DNA of 57,749 nucleotides, taken from the IMG/VR virus record IMGVR_UViG_3300006879_000004, positions 1 through 57,749 of that record; one strand, written 5' to 3'. This document shows, piece after piece, positions 1 to 7,995 of this stretch. Numbering within the stretch: the first letter of the stretch is position 1; each line of letters starts with the position of its first letter. Position numbers and translations under genes: made by a program. Source of the DNA: a virus (Duplodnaviria > Caudoviricetes). Under the pieces are notes generated by a model, which was not told the origin of the DNA, searched no databases, and saw only the letters and a program-made list of their open reading frames with translations.

Positions 1-673
1 ACTCTATACCTGTATCCTTATCCGTTACAATATCCGTATCTGCTGTATGTAGTGCCACCTGTATGTGCAAATCCCAAGCCTGCGCTATGTGGTTTAAATA
101 ATATAACAAGTCTAATATATAGTCAGCAATAGACTTCTTCCTATCCTCTTCACTCTTTCTTAACATAGTTAGTGGGTCAATTAGTAGTATATCCAACTTC
201 CAACCCAGCTCTTTACAAGCTGTGGCTAACTGTTTAAACATCTCCTGAGCAGAAAACTCAACTGCATCCTTGCCTATAACAGGGGGGTCTAAAATTAGAA
301 AATGTTCATTTAAGAAGTCCAGCGATTCCATCCACTCCTCATCTGAGGCTTTCTGAGCCCCTATTCCGTGCAACTTCTTTCCCATAACTAATTGACACAA
401 GTAGCTAACTAATGCGTCCCGTCCCCCACTTTCTGGGGAATATATTGCTATCTTAGCGTTATACTTTTTAGCTATATATATGTACGTATTTAAAATGAAA
501 CTCGACTTTCCGGAAAAAGGTTCAGAATATATATAAGAAGTGAACCCTTTCTTCAGACTAATATAATCCTCCGCACTTTTAAAACCTATTTCGAATCCTC
601 TCTCAAAAGTCTCATTCCTCTTATCTAAAACTTCCTGCCTAAATTCATTAACTCTAAAATATGCCTTACTCAT
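1..673 (-). CDS. DnaB-like (SF4) replicative helicase, truncated by window edge
   Basis: Manual translation from ATG at 673: MSKAYFRVNEFRQEVLDKRNETFERGFEIGFKSAEDYISLKKGFTSYIYSEPFSGKSS...IAIYSPE...LDILLIDP. Walker A (EPFSGKS) and Walker B (ILLID) present; ATGA overlap with the upstream ORF. Not in the ORF track because it is open at the edge. Confidence 0.85.
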   Translation of the reverse strand, partial: MSKAYFRVNEFRQEVLDKRNETFERGFEIGFKSAEDYISLKKGFTSYIYSEPFSGKSSFILNTYIYIAKKYNAKIAIYSPESGGRDALVSYLCQLVMGKKLHGIGAQKASDEEWMESLDFLNEHFLILDPPVIGKDAVEFSAQEMFKQLATACKELGWKLDILLIDPLTMLRKSEEDRKKSIADYILDLLYYLNHIAQAWDLHIQVALHTADTDIVTDKDTGIE

Positions 674-942
674 CTTAACGGATTAAATTTACCTAAACTA
701 TTCTTTAATTTTTGTAGATTAACATCTTCCTTTGTCCAGTTCTTAACCTTCTCCTTAAATACCTTGTTTCTTTTAGGGGAGAACCAAGTCCCCAACCTTC
801 TAGGTATAGAGAACTTGGGCATCTTATAAAACGGTTTTCTTTCTGTGTAGTATTTAAAGAACTTATACAGCTCACGTTCGGGGTACTTGCCTTTGTACCC
901 CATCACCTCGTTTTTAAACTTTTGTATTTTATCCTCATCCAT
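670..942 (-). CDS. Small replication-associated protein (possible helicase loader domain)
   Basis: 90 aa. FFKYYTE...RRLGTW resembles the C-terminal domain of Bacteroidota phage replication organisers; translationally coupled to the helicase. Confidence 0.5.
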   Translation of the reverse strand: MDEDKIQKFKNEVMGYKGKYPERELYKFFKYYTERKPFYKMPKFSIPRRLGTWFSPKRNKVFKEKVKNWTKEDVNLQKLKNSLGKFNPLR

Positions 943-946
943 ACTA

Positions 947-977
947 CAAACTTACTAGTTTTATTTTAAAGTTCCTA
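947..977 (-). promoter_or_regulatory. Phage-type promoter TAGGAA-N17-TAAGTTTG, ATG 4 nt downstream
   Basis: Minus strand reads TAGGAA ctttaaaataaaactag TAAGTTTG tagt ATG(942). Confidence 0.8.
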
Positions 978-978
978 A

Positions 979-1152
979 TTATTTATCACTTTCTCTCCTA
1001 ATTTTCTCTATTAACCACTCTAACTCATCTATCCTAATGTTAAGTGAGTATATCCTCATCTCGTTAAGTCGTTTAGTCAACTTTTTGGAAGTATCTTCAC
1101 TAATCTTAGATTTTAATTCGTTGAGCCTATCTTTAATTACTTTACTCTGCAT
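979..1152 (-). CDS. Hypothetical 57-aa helical protein
   Basis: MQSKVIKDRLNELKSKISEDTSKKLTKRLNEMRIYSLNIRIDELEWLIEKIRRESDK; fills the gap between neighbours; below the ORF-track cutoff. Confidence 0.65.
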   Translation of the reverse strand: MQSKVIKDRLNELKSKISEDTSKKLTKRLNEMRIYSLNIRIDELEWLIEKIRRESDK

Positions 1153-1600
1153 ATTGTTTTAACAGTTTTAAAGCCCAGTTGGCATAAGCAATAATCTTTT
1201 CAAAATCTTCCTTGTCTTGACCCTTCTCCCTCCAATTGTACTTGTCAATATTCCCTTTAGCGAAAGCTAGGCACTCTTCCGGAGTACAGTTAGCCTCCAT
1301 CCTAGCAAACGTATCAATCCCCTTAGAGTAATGGCTTGGTTTAGAGTCCACATTAAACGCCTCTTCTCTTCTTTCTTCGTAAATTCCAGATTCTTCATCA
1401 GCACTCATCATCTTCTCTAGTAACCTTTTCTGAGTCTGTTTTTCACTATCATCCCTCAAACCTAAGTGTTCAATAAACGTGCTGGGAGTCATGTAGTATG
1501 GTGAAGCATAAAGTAGTATTGGATCAAAACTCTCATAGGCTGTAAAAGATGTGTCTTGAGGATTAACCGCCTTGTTGGAGAAATAATGGACTTTTGACAT
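1142..1600 (-). CDS. DUF3310 / T7 gp1.7-like domain protein (possible nucleotide kinase)
   Basis: C-terminal KPSHYSKGIDTF...FAKGNIDKYNWR...EDFEKIIAY motif. May be N-terminally extended by a frameshift from 1638..1739. Confidence 0.75.
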   Translation of the reverse strand: MSKVHYFSNKAVNPQDTSFTAYESFDPILLYASPYYMTPSTFIEHLGLRDDSEKQTQKRLLEKMMSADEESGIYEERREEAFNVDSKPSHYSKGIDTFARMEANCTPEECLAFAKGNIDKYNWREKGQDKEDFEKIIAYANWALKLLKQYAE

Positions 1601-1637
1601 GTCTTTACGTTGACCCTCTCGCTTACCTTTGTAATTT

Positions 1638-1739
1638 TCAAAAAGTTTCTCTAGCTACTTGGGTTGCAACTTCTTTCAACTCTTCTTCTGATAGGTATTT
1701 CGATAGAACCTCCAAGTCTTTTAATTGTGTATTTTCCAT
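1638..1739 (-). CDS. 33-aa ORF ending in TTT-TGA; probable 5' part of the DUF3310 gene
   Basis: MENTQLKDLEVLSKYLSEEELKEVATQVARETF*; the +1 frame continues without a stop into 1142..1600. Confidence 0.6.
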   Translation of the reverse strand: MENTQLKDLEVLSKYLSEEELKEVATQVARETF

Positions 1740-1749
1740 AATGTCTATA

Positions 1750-1787
1750 AAAATAAAAACCGCTGAGGATTTATTTCCCCAACGGTT
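1750..1787 (-). terminator. Intrinsic terminator-like hairpin abutting a promoter
   Basis: Minus strand AACCGTTGGGGA-aataaa-TCCTCAGCGGTT (12 bp, two G-U pairs) followed by TTTATTTTT. Confidence 0.65.
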
Positions 1788-1818
1788 CAAATGTAATAAT
1801 AATATTTTAAGTTTCCTA
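1788..1818 (-). promoter_or_regulatory. Phage-type promoter TAGGAA-N17-TACATTTG
   Basis: Minus strand TAGGAA acttaaaatattattat TACATTTG. Confidence 0.8.
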
Positions 1819-1925
1819 GTGTTTCGTAAAATAAATTTTACTCACAGGCGTATGAAACATACTTGAGGAATTTTCGAATTTCTTCTCAAACCTCTCCGGT
1901 CGGTAATTCCGACCTCTAATTAATT

Positions 1926-2474
1926 TTAACTTTTAGCGTGTTTAGCTATAGTGTGTGCCAAGTCCTCCCATAGCCAAGCGTCCCACTTTGCTATCTTAGC
2001 CACATCCTCGGGGTTATTAATAAAACCTAACTCCACAATAGTAGCTGGTGATTTAGTGTTTAATATGCCTAACCTACCTCTAGCGGAATCTGACTCCCCT
2101 TTAACTCCTCTGCTACGCAACCCTGTGATAGAAACAATAGTGTCTAATATATCCTTAGCTAACTCTTTAGACTTTTGACTAGCGTTGTTAGATATAAGGG
2201 TTTCTACTCCTGTTGCTGTGTTAACCCCTGCGCTATTATAGTGAAGGTCTACAATTAAGGAATTACTACCTTCTGTTTCTTTAATCCACTTTATAACTTG
2301 AGAAAGGGTGTGTGAATCATCATCGTTAAGCACTATCATATCTGGATAATGCTTTTTTAAGAAGTAGGTAATGCCTTTCTTAGCTTCTATTGTTAGGTCT
2401 GCCTCCTTTAGACCCCCGGAAACAGCTCCGGGGTCTTTTCTATGGTGTCCTGCGATTATATATACTTGTCTCAT
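1926..2474 (-). CDS. Endolysin, N-acetylmuramoyl-L-alanine amidase (Amidase_3)
   Basis: IIAGH..DPGA, E(ADL), DLHYNS, GVET and VELGFINN zinc-amidase motifs. Confidence 0.92.
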   Translation of the reverse strand: MRQVYIIAGHHRKDPGAVSGGLKEADLTIEAKKGITYFLKKHYPDMIVLNDDDSHTLSQVIKWIKETEGSNSLIVDLHYNSAGVNTATGVETLISNNASQKSKELAKDILDTIVSITGLRSRGVKGESDSARGRLGILNTKSPATIVELGFINNPEDVAKIAKWDAWLWEDLAHTIAKHAKS

Positions 2475-2475
2475 A

Positions 2476-4764
2476 TTAAGGTGTTACTATAATACCTGCT
2501 GTTCTCATCTTAGCTAACAGTTCGTTAATTTTAGCTTTGTTGGCATTAGCAAGTGCAATTGCTGTGACTTCATCAGTTGCATCGGCTGTGGTTATATCAT
2601 TAGTTATCGCAGCTTGTTTTACAACACCAGCCTGAGAAAAGGTAGCCTCTGCTCCTATTTCAATCCATTGGGAACCTACTCCCTTCCACCCTAACCTAGT
2701 GCCCGTAGAAGAAAAAACAAAATCTCCACTAAAATCAGGACTTCCTGCTGGAGCAGACCCCCTTATTTTATGATTTAATTGCCTGTAAGGTATGTACGTA
2801 GCAGACCCATCCAAGGAGTACACTTGAAAACTCTTAATGACAGCTGGAGACTGATACCCCACTATAAAAAATTCTACCCTAGCCACACTCTCGTCCAACA
2901 TGACATACTGCATTATAGCCCCCAGATCCCTGTTAGGGTGAGTCCCGGTAGGTATGGTGAAACTTCCTCCGAAGAAAGAAGATTGTACAACCCCGTATTC
3001 GTTTATATTAGTGTCCCCGTATCTAGAGCTGATTCTTACAATACCTAAGTCAGTTAGATTGCCTCCGGTGTCGTTTTTAGCTACTACATAAAGTCGTCCC
3101 GCAAACTCCCCCTCATAATCCACAGCTACGTTAAACCGCTTTCTTTTAGAACTGTCCACCACTACCCCTACTCCAGCATTAGTAGGTATGGATACACTAT
3201 TTACATTTAAAGTAACTCCTGATAAAGAGGTGGTAGGGGAAGAGCTACTAGTATTCTGGAGCGTCAAGTCCCCGTAAGCTGTAACTCCTGAAGTGGCTGA
3301 ATACATCTTATTTCTCAAAGGCCCTGAATCGTAGACTAGCCAACCTAACTCTTCTTGAGGCCCGTGAGCACCATTACTGAAAACAGTGGTGGGGAATAGC
3401 CCCAAATCTCTAACTCTAGTTTTATATGTACCGAAAGGAGTGGTGAAGCTACAATGTACATAATTGGAAAAACTGTTATTATAAGTCTCCGCAGTTACAG
3501 TGTTATTCTCATCTCGTATATTCTTAAAAAAATTCTGTCTACCGTTTTCTATTTTAATAGGAATGGCTTCTGCTCCCCCTGTTAGTACGTCAGCCCTAAA
3601 TTCAAAAGAGGTTCCGTCAAAGGTGTTGTTGTTCTGTAAGTACCCATCTGAAGATCGGAATACGACCCCATACCTAGTTTGGGAATTTCTCCCGATATTG
3701 GTAGCTACCCATAAACGACCCCCAATAAATTTATTAGAATTACACCACCCTCCGTCCTTAGATTCTAAGGATATTTGCTCTAAACCATGTGCCACTTCCC
3801 CCAGAATAACCGTGTTGTAGGCGTTACCTCTTGCAGCGTCCCCAGTCATAATTAAGTTCTGAGTAAAGAAGGTGGCCTGAGTAACTACAATATCTGATTC
3901 GTAACAATTTATTAAAGTTATCCCTACGTATTGGTTTTCATCGCTCCAGTCTGACCTAGCATCTTCAGACGTAGTTACTCTAAGTCGGTATCTAGTTTTA
4001 AAACTTTGTACTTGTTCTCTACCTATAACAAGCATTCTTTTGTTAGTAGAACCTATAGAGATTATAGGGGAATCCATATCTACAGATATGTTGTTATCTA
4101 CATAAACCGTCATAGAGGCAGCGTACCCCGAGCTAAATGGAAACTTTAATACTGGTCTTGTATTTATAACTCTGGAACAATAATCGGAAGCCCTCTGAAT
4201 GGCATACCTATCATCTGTAACCCCATCCCCAACGGCCCCAAAATGCTTAACATCGACTTCTTGATCAAAGCTCCTAGTAAACTTAACCCCGCCTACTTCT
4301 ATCACAGACCCCCCGTCATCTTCATATACGGTGCTTGAAATATTAAAACGTACTGGGTCGTTAAATTTAAAATTTTCATAGTACCCATTTAACTTAATCC
4401 CCTTATAGTACCCCATCTGAAGTAAGAGAATCTCTGTAGAAGATATATCACGCATCTCCTGCATGGTGTCTTTTTCTAAGAACAACTCTCCCTCGTTAGG
4501 TAGGTTAAGTTTAAAGTAAGAACCTACGTACTGCGATAAACTAGAGTCCGCCCCTGATGGTAGAGCTTTGAGTTTGAAATAAATACTACCGTCCGCTTTA
4601 GAGTCATCCATAGCAGTCCCATCGTACCAAGTGTTAACTAAAGTAGCACTGTAAGATTCGTTAGCTCCGAACACAGGAATACTAACTCTCTTCTTTCGGA
4701 TATTATGTATTACAACCTGTCCGTCAGGGTATTGTATCATTGATGCACGTTGTACCGTTGCCAT
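2476..4764 (-). CDS. Tailspike / depolymerase with pectate-lyase-like beta-helix
   Basis: VDVKHFGAVGDGVTDDRYAIQRA beta-helix cap; N/G-rich rungs; C-terminal AGVVKQAA...INELLAKMRTAGII head-fibre-like motif. Confidence 0.8.
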   Translation of the reverse strand: MATVQRASMIQYPDGQVVIHNIRKKRVSIPVFGANESYSATLVNTWYDGTAMDDSKADGSIYFKLKALPSGADSSLSQYVGSYFKLNLPNEGELFLEKDTMQEMRDISSTEILLLQMGYYKGIKLNGYYENFKFNDPVRFNISSTVYEDDGGSVIEVGGVKFTRSFDQEVDVKHFGAVGDGVTDDRYAIQRASDYCSRVINTRPVLKFPFSSGYAASMTVYVDNNISVDMDSPIISIGSTNKRMLVIGREQVQSFKTRYRLRVTTSEDARSDWSDENQYVGITLINCYESDIVVTQATFFTQNLIMTGDAARGNAYNTVILGEVAHGLEQISLESKDGGWCNSNKFIGGRLWVATNIGRNSQTRYGVVFRSSDGYLQNNNTFDGTSFEFRADVLTGGAEAIPIKIENGRQNFFKNIRDENNTVTAETYNNSFSNYVHCSFTTPFGTYKTRVRDLGLFPTTVFSNGAHGPQEELGWLVYDSGPLRNKMYSATSGVTAYGDLTLQNTSSSSPTTSLSGVTLNVNSVSIPTNAGVGVVVDSSKRKRFNVAVDYEGEFAGRLYVVAKNDTGGNLTDLGIVRISSRYGDTNINEYGVVQSSFFGGSFTIPTGTHPNRDLGAIMQYVMLDESVARVEFFIVGYQSPAVIKSFQVYSLDGSATYIPYRQLNHKIRGSAPAGSPDFSGDFVFSSTGTRLGWKGVGSQWIEIGAEATFSQAGVVKQAAITNDITTADATDEVTAIALANANKAKINELLAKMRTAGIIVTP

Positions 4765-4790
4765 ATTTTAAATTCCTTTATAGTTATCCC

Positions 4791-4964
4791 TTATTCAAAT
4801 AAATCCTCATCAGTTTCGGGAGATGAGTTTCCCTCTGCTATGATAATAGTTTCTTGCTCTACAACGAACCTATTACTTACCTCGATAGGCTTCTCATCCT
4901 CGCAACCCTTACAAGGACCAGAGGCTCCTGTTGTACTTTTATTTACTTTGTTTGAACCCTTCAT
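4791..4964 (-). CDS. Hypothetical 57-aa protein with CxxC
   Basis: MKGSNKVNKSTTGASGPCKGCEDEKPIEVSNRFVVEQETIIIAEGNSSPETDEDLFE; fills the gap on the operon strand. Confidence 0.6.
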   Translation of the reverse strand: MKGSNKVNKSTTGASGPCKGCEDEKPIEVSNRFVVEQETIIIAEGNSSPETDEDLFE

Positions 4965-4975
4965 CTTTTAAAATT

Positions 4976-5290
4976 TTAGTAGCGTGTTTTTAAACTTGAC
5001 CTTATCTCAAGTGCTCTGTTATGTATCCTACCCAAATCTAATGTACTCACCGTGTGGGCGTATTGATTATTAAAATAATACTCACGAGGGGGTAAGGTAA
5101 AATCACTTAAAACTTCTAAGTAATACATTAGTTCCAATTCCTCATCCATGTCCTTATTAGACCCACCTCTTGTATTTAGTTTAGAGGTAGTTTCTGCCAC
5201 GTGTAGGAACGTTTCACACACACTATCATAAACATTTTGTATCTCGTCTTTATTTAAAGTCATGTTGTTCTCTTTTAAAGTCCTAACCAC
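4976..5290 (-). CDS. Hypothetical (probably tail-associated) protein
   Basis: ORF in the late operon, next to the spike gene; start may be the ATG at 5263. Confidence 0.6.
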   Translation of the reverse strand: MVRTLKENNMTLNKDEIQNVYDSVCETFLHVAETTSKLNTRGGSNKDMDEELELMYYLEVLSDFTLPPREYYFNNQYAHTVSTLDLGRIHNRALEIRSSLKTRY

Positions 5291-6039
5291 CCAATTATTT
5301 GAACATTCTCCACCAACAGTCTGTTACTTTCTAAATAACTTTTCTGTTCAAAAAGGATAGAAGAGGCTTGTTTGTTGGTTAGTAACTTAAGGCAAGCTCT
5401 TTGTCTTTCATCTAGTCCGGGCCTGTAGTACGACTTCTCTGTTAGTATAGTAGCTATCTTACAAATGGCTTGTTTAGTTCTGAAATCGTTGTACAATTTA
5501 AGGTTGTCTACTAAAGACACTACAGCGTTATCAATATCCCTATGTAGGGGTTTGTCTAAAAACAGTACAGTTCCTCCGTTAGTACTACGATCCTTAAGGA
5601 ATCTGTAACCGATGTTATCTACTATAAAGCCGTCATAGTTCTCTAGTATCCCTATAAAGCCCTCTCCAATTACGAAGGGCTCCCCCTCATTACCTTCAAA
5701 GGGGTTAACGAATGCTCCTATCCATGCGTTAATATCGATAACACCGTCTCTAAAGGTTAAGTATCCTTGGTCGGACTCTGTGATACCTAATTTGTAGGAA
5801 TCTAAATCAAACACTTTACCGTTACCAATTTGCCCAGCTGTTGGTGTAGTAAAATACTCTGGGTGGTCTGGGTCAACTTGATTCTTAAATACAGTCACCC
5901 CACTCTCTTTAGTAGAGAAGGGGTTGGTTACTTCAACAAGTACCGTGTCCGCCTGATTTTGAAATGGGGCGTCCTCAGGCTTCTCGTATTGAAGCGTTAT
6001 TTTTCTTGCGTTAAGGTCGCTGTTTATAAATTTTAACAT
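5275..6039 (-). CDS. Putative virion structural protein (tail hub/fibre adaptor candidate)
   Basis: 254 aa in the structural operon; beta-rich N-part and helical C-part. Function inferred from position only. Confidence 0.5.
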   Translation of the reverse strand: MLKFINSDLNARKITLQYEKPEDAPFQNQADTVLVEVTNPFSTKESGVTVFKNQVDPDHPEYFTTPTAGQIGNGKVFDLDSYKLGITESDQGYLTFRDGVIDINAWIGAFVNPFEGNEGEPFVIGEGFIGILENYDGFIVDNIGYRFLKDRSTNGGTVLFLDKPLHRDIDNAVVSLVDNLKLYNDFRTKQAICKIATILTEKSYYRPGLDERQRACLKLLTNKQASSILFEQKSYLESNRLLVENVQIIGWLGL

Positions 6040-6041
6040 GT

Positions 6042-6560
6042 TTAGTCTAATATTGTAAAGTCTATCTTCCCTGTTTTTTTAGAGTTAGCTAATACCTTCT
6101 CTAGTTGTTTAAAGTCACAGTTTATAATCCCATGTTTATCGAAAAACATCTTATATGTAGTCTTACTTCCTTTTGTTATAGGTAATCTAGGGTTCATAAA
6201 GCACATAACTAATTTTAATTCTGGGTGTTGTTCCTGTATTAAAAGGTACTTCTGCCTCTCTTGTAAATCCCTAAAACGTCCCTTAGTTTCTATAAAGTAC
6301 TCTATACCCGTCTTTTCACATTTAACAATAAAATCGGGGAGGTACTTACTGTTTTTAGCTGGGATAGTATACTCAATACGCTTACTCTTGTCCTCGTAAG
6401 AAACCTCCACCTTATGTTTTGCAAATAAATCCGCTGTCTTATCTTCGAACTTGGACCTAGTCCTTAACCCTAAATTATTAGTAGGCCTATTCTTCTTTAT
6501 ACGAGTGGTTGTGCTAACTCTTTTCTGTTTTGCTTTAATTGCCTTTTGTCTGCTTGTCAA
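6042..6560 (-). CDS. T7 endonuclease I-like Holliday junction resolvase
   Basis: RSKFE...VSYE...YLPDF...FIETKGRF...KYLLIQEQHPEL...ITKGSKTTY PD-(D/E)xK motifs; TTG start. Confidence 0.88.
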   Translation of the reverse strand: MTSRQKAIKAKQKRVSTTTRIKKNRPTNNLGLRTRSKFEDKTADLFAKHKVEVSYEDKSKRIEYTIPAKNSKYLPDFIVKCEKTGIEYFIETKGRFRDLQERQKYLLIQEQHPELKLVMCFMNPRLPITKGSKTTYKMFFDKHGIINCDFKQLEKVLANSKKTGKIDFTILD

Positions 6561-6588
6561 AATAGTTCCCCTTTAAAATTTGTCTCCT

Positions 6589-6596
6589 CAAAGATA
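6589..6596 (-). promoter_or_regulatory. -7 box TATCTTTG upstream of the endonuclease gene
   Basis: Matches TAnnTTTG in the intergenic gap just downstream of a terminator. Confidence 0.6.
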
Positions 6597-6628
6597 GTTA
6601 TTTTAAGGTAAAGTTTTGTTAAGGGGTC

Positions 6629-6652
6629 AAAAGCCCGGTTAACCGGGCTTTT
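6629..6652. terminator. Perfect 24-bp palindrome, bidirectional terminator
   Basis: AAAAGCCCGGTTAACCGGGCTTTT right after the stop of 6654..7700. Confidence 0.8.
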
Positions 6653-6653
6653 C

Positions 6654-7700
6654 TTATGAGTCTATAATATCTTGAGATCTGAACTTAGTTAGTATCTCCT
6701 GAACCTTCGTCTTTAACGCATTGGCTAAAGCAATGGCTGTAGCTTCATCTGTAGCATCTGCTGTAGTTATGTCACTAATGGCTGTGGACTTTTTCATTAA
6801 TCCTGCCGAAGTGGTTGAAGCTGGAGATGGCTGATTTATTTGCTCCCAGCTAGACCCATTCCACCTTTGTTGACTATTAGTAGTAGTTAGGTAGAATTTT
6901 TGTCCCACGTACCTATAATTTAGAGCTGGCCTGTCTGACACAGTTCCTTCTTCTTTTATAAAGTCGTTGTTAGCAACTAACTTAGGTGTCGCTGTCTCAG
7001 TAAACCTAATTCTAACTCCTGATTTAGTAATGTCCCTGTTATTGATAATAGTCACGTCTGGTGTGTCAGCTACATAAGCTAGTACAGCGTTAGTACAGCC
7101 TATTAGGTTATTGCCGTCTATAACAAGTTTTACATTAGTTAAAGAGGCTAAGGAATTTCTTATTATACCAAAAGTAGATTGCCTTGTGTAATTTTCAAAA
7201 GTATTTCCCACAAAAGACCAAGTCATTGGTGTGTTAACATCAGATTGCAAGTTATTATCAAAAGGGACTCTAGTCCCCGTATACTCAAAATTGGAGTCTA
7301 TAAATGTATTGTAATTGAAATTAATATCTACAGCATCTGTAGGTTGAACTCTGTACAAATTGTAAACCCTACATCTAGTCATTTCTCCCGGGATATGGGA
7401 AGATGTGTACGTCTTTAGGTTACCTTCTGGGTGCCTGATAACAGCACCCTCTATCTTAACAACTCCTCCCCCGTTTACATCATCAAAAGTACCTCCATTT
7501 ATATAACATCCTCTTCCTAGAGCCATGTGATCTTTTACAGTTAGCGGGTCTGGTGTGCTATTATCGGCCCTAGCTGCAACAGAATATATTGTTTCCGTAG
7601 ATGTTTTGAAAGTACAGTTGTTTAATACATGGGTAAACTCTTCACCTTCTTCAAGAAGTACTCCCCTATGGCAATAAGGACAAGTATTTGGATTTCTCAT
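6654..7700 (-). CDS. Second spike/fibre protein (beta-helix-like, head-fibre-like C-terminus)
   Basis: N/T-rich rungs (NNCTF, GNTFEN, DGNN); GTVSDRP..YVGQKFY motif; C-terminus shares DITTADATDE.TAIALANA with 2476..4764. Confidence 0.7.
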   Translation of the reverse strand: MRNPNTCPYCHRGVLLEEGEEFTHVLNNCTFKTSTETIYSVAARADNSTPDPLTVKDHMALGRGCYINGGTFDDVNGGGVVKIEGAVIRHPEGNLKTYTSSHIPGEMTRCRVYNLYRVQPTDAVDINFNYNTFIDSNFEYTGTRVPFDNNLQSDVNTPMTWSFVGNTFENYTRQSTFGIIRNSLASLTNVKLVIDGNNLIGCTNAVLAYVADTPDVTIINNRDITKSGVRIRFTETATPKLVANNDFIKEEGTVSDRPALNYRYVGQKFYLTTTNSQQRWNGSSWEQINQPSPASTTSAGLMKKSTAISDITTADATDEATAIALANALKTKVQEILTKFRSQDIIDS

Positions 7701-7717
7701 TATATCTATATTTTATC

Positions 7718-7978
7718 TTACATGAAAGATGAACCACCTGTTGCTGTTAACTTCACACTATCATCATAGGTTGTCTCACCATCTCCAACCAACACCTCTA
7801 CAGATCCGTCAAATCCTCTCATAATAAACAAAGTTCCTTCCGATAAAGGAGAAGTCTCTCCTGACATAATAGATGCATAAACGTCTGGAGCCTTGTTCTC
7901 TGAGATGTCGTAGATTGTTTTAATCTGCTGTTTGTCGATTCGAGCATCTCTTAATAGTAATTCTATACTTCTTGACAT
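7718..7978 (-). CDS. Small fibre-adaptor-like protein
   Basis: 86 aa; PLSEG...VLVGDGETTYDD resembles the N-terminal motif of Mtd/hyaluronidase-type fibres. Confidence 0.45.
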   Translation of the reverse strand: MSRSIELLLRDARIDKQQIKTIYDISENKAPDVYASIMSGETSPLSEGTLFIMRGFDGSVEVLVGDGETTYDDSVKLTATGGSSFM

Positions 7979-7995
7979 GATTTCGTTTTCTTATT

